Part shown: positions 62,533-64,000 of the stretch, in pieces
Position numbering within the stretch: position 1 is the first letter of the stretch
Layout of the letters: each line of letters starts with the position of its first letter
Source: Vicugna vicugna
Taxonomy: Eukaryota
Direction: 5' to 3'
NCBI GenBank assembly: GCA_013265495.1
Contig: MU058423.1
Location: 4,448,793-4,512,792, forward strand
DNA: 64,000 bases
The notes under the pieces: generated by a model
Told to the model about the DNA's origin: nothing
What the model saw: the letters and a program-made list of their open reading frames with translations, nothing else
The model's database searches: none
Position numbers and translations under genes: made by a program

Positions 62533-64000
62533 TCATCTCGTATAAAATAAATCAGACAGTGAATCAAAAAATGAAAAATGTATCTCCCTAACAACCATAT
62601 CACATATTTTAGCACTGAATAACATATCATTTTAATCTCAAATAACATCACTATTTGTGGGGATGGTACAATGACCACATCCTTTATTGGTCTAGCTTTA
62701 CTTTTAAGGAACTTGTCTGATTGCTAATAGCTCAACAGTTCTATCTCCTATCTCTACAGAGCATTCCTGAAGCCCATTTCTCTAGGACCCAATATCGTGG
62801 AGTTAATTTACATGCGACTTTACTTTATAATAATGTCTGGGCTCTCTAAAATTCCCCTGGTTGGGGTTCAAGCAGAGCTAGCTGATGCTGAATTCTGTTT
62901 ATTACAAACTTTACACTTCCTGGTAGTTCCTAATTTCATTTCATATTAAAATCCCCTTGTTGTAATTGCTGTCATTCTCTCTCTGTTTTCTCCTAATTAT
63001 TCTGACTAGAGTAAATTCTCAATTATTCAGGGATTGTGTATTTAATCTGTGGATTTTCCAAATCCTCGCTTTTTAATTCTGTCTTTTACTGAACATACTT
63101 AACCATTTAAATATTTCCTATTTTTATGATTCACCAAATGATAAATAATGGTAGAGTGAGAAGTTCACATTAAAATAAGGAGTTTGTTATTTTTATAGAA
63201 ATTCCTGGTAAAAGTCTGGCTCCAATGAATGCATAAAATGAATTTTTTAACCATTTGGGGATCTTAATCCTTTCAATAACATCATATATAATTTAAAATT
63301 CTACACTTTGATCTTAAATGGAATAGTTTTACCAAGATTAAAGCTGCACGTGTTTTTTTTTTAAATGCCTAATGTCATCCATCTCCATACCACCCATTAT
63401 TAAACTGCATATCACCAGAAATAATGGCGGTTGGAAGGTTTTGTTTATAAATTTGAGAGGATTAGAAGGTCTTAACATTGAAGAGACCTTGAATAGGTTT
63501 AGAAACTAAGCTGAAAAGTGAGATTAAGGACAAGTATCAAAATAAGCAATAATTTGTAATTGTTCAAAATAATCTTAGTTATGTTCTGAGCCCATGACTT
63601 CGGAAAAGCTTACCCTAAGAATATTATGAAGTAGGCAAACTGTATGCATGGGGATCCTACTCTTTATGTGCTTCTCTCACTAACTTCAGGTCTCTTTGAC
63701 CCCGTGATGTTTTTTATGCTGAACTTCAGCTCTGCAAAAATACCTATAATCCTCAATCCCACTGTCTATCTGCCTTCTAACCACCTCCTGAATACTCAAC
63801 TATTTTCCTTCCACTGTACACAGCCCAGAATTTCTGTTCTCCCTTCCTGTTGATCTTCCTGGTGACCAAAATAATAAATAGACTGATGTTCAAAGATGGT
63901 TTTAGCCACCTGTAAGCTTCTGAATCTATTCCATTTTCCTTTAAGAAAGATTGCACTGGGAAGATCTGTAAACCCAACAGAGTTCTGAGTTACTTTAATT

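Noticed and set aside
1..64000. Prokaryote-type systems (CRISPR, operons, defence islands) or a novel multi-gene system
   Set aside because: The sequence is repeat-rich mammalian DNA with no spaced repeat array and no intact gene cluster

Overview
Mammalian nuclear DNA, most likely a camelid: two tRNA-Ala-derived Vic-1-like SINEs are present, and I saw no Alu, Bov-A or PRE-1. I recognise no intact protein-coding gene; the ORF track is explained by chance ORFs and decayed retroelements. The one clear functional landmark is a small CpG-island promoter at about 20.6-21.25 kb. It has YY1, TCTCGCGAGA and GC-box motifs, and outward-facing splice donors on both strands (a GC-type donor on minus, a GT donor on plus). 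This suggests a bidirectional promoter with non-coding first exons, but I could not name the gene. The rest is intron-like or intergenic and rich in repeats: a 5.6-kb dead ERV-L provirus, a second ERV-L remnant, solo LTRs, L1, L2, MIR and hAT elements. The most unusual items are a TSD-flanked retrocopy of exactly the 5' 37 nt of tRNA-Arg(TCT), a twin-primed inverted L1 with a fold-back filler scar, and an unexplained CpG-rich segment at 23.2-23.6 kb. I found no evidence for a new multi-gene system. Repeat subfamily names and many boundaries come from remembered consensus sequences and are approximate.
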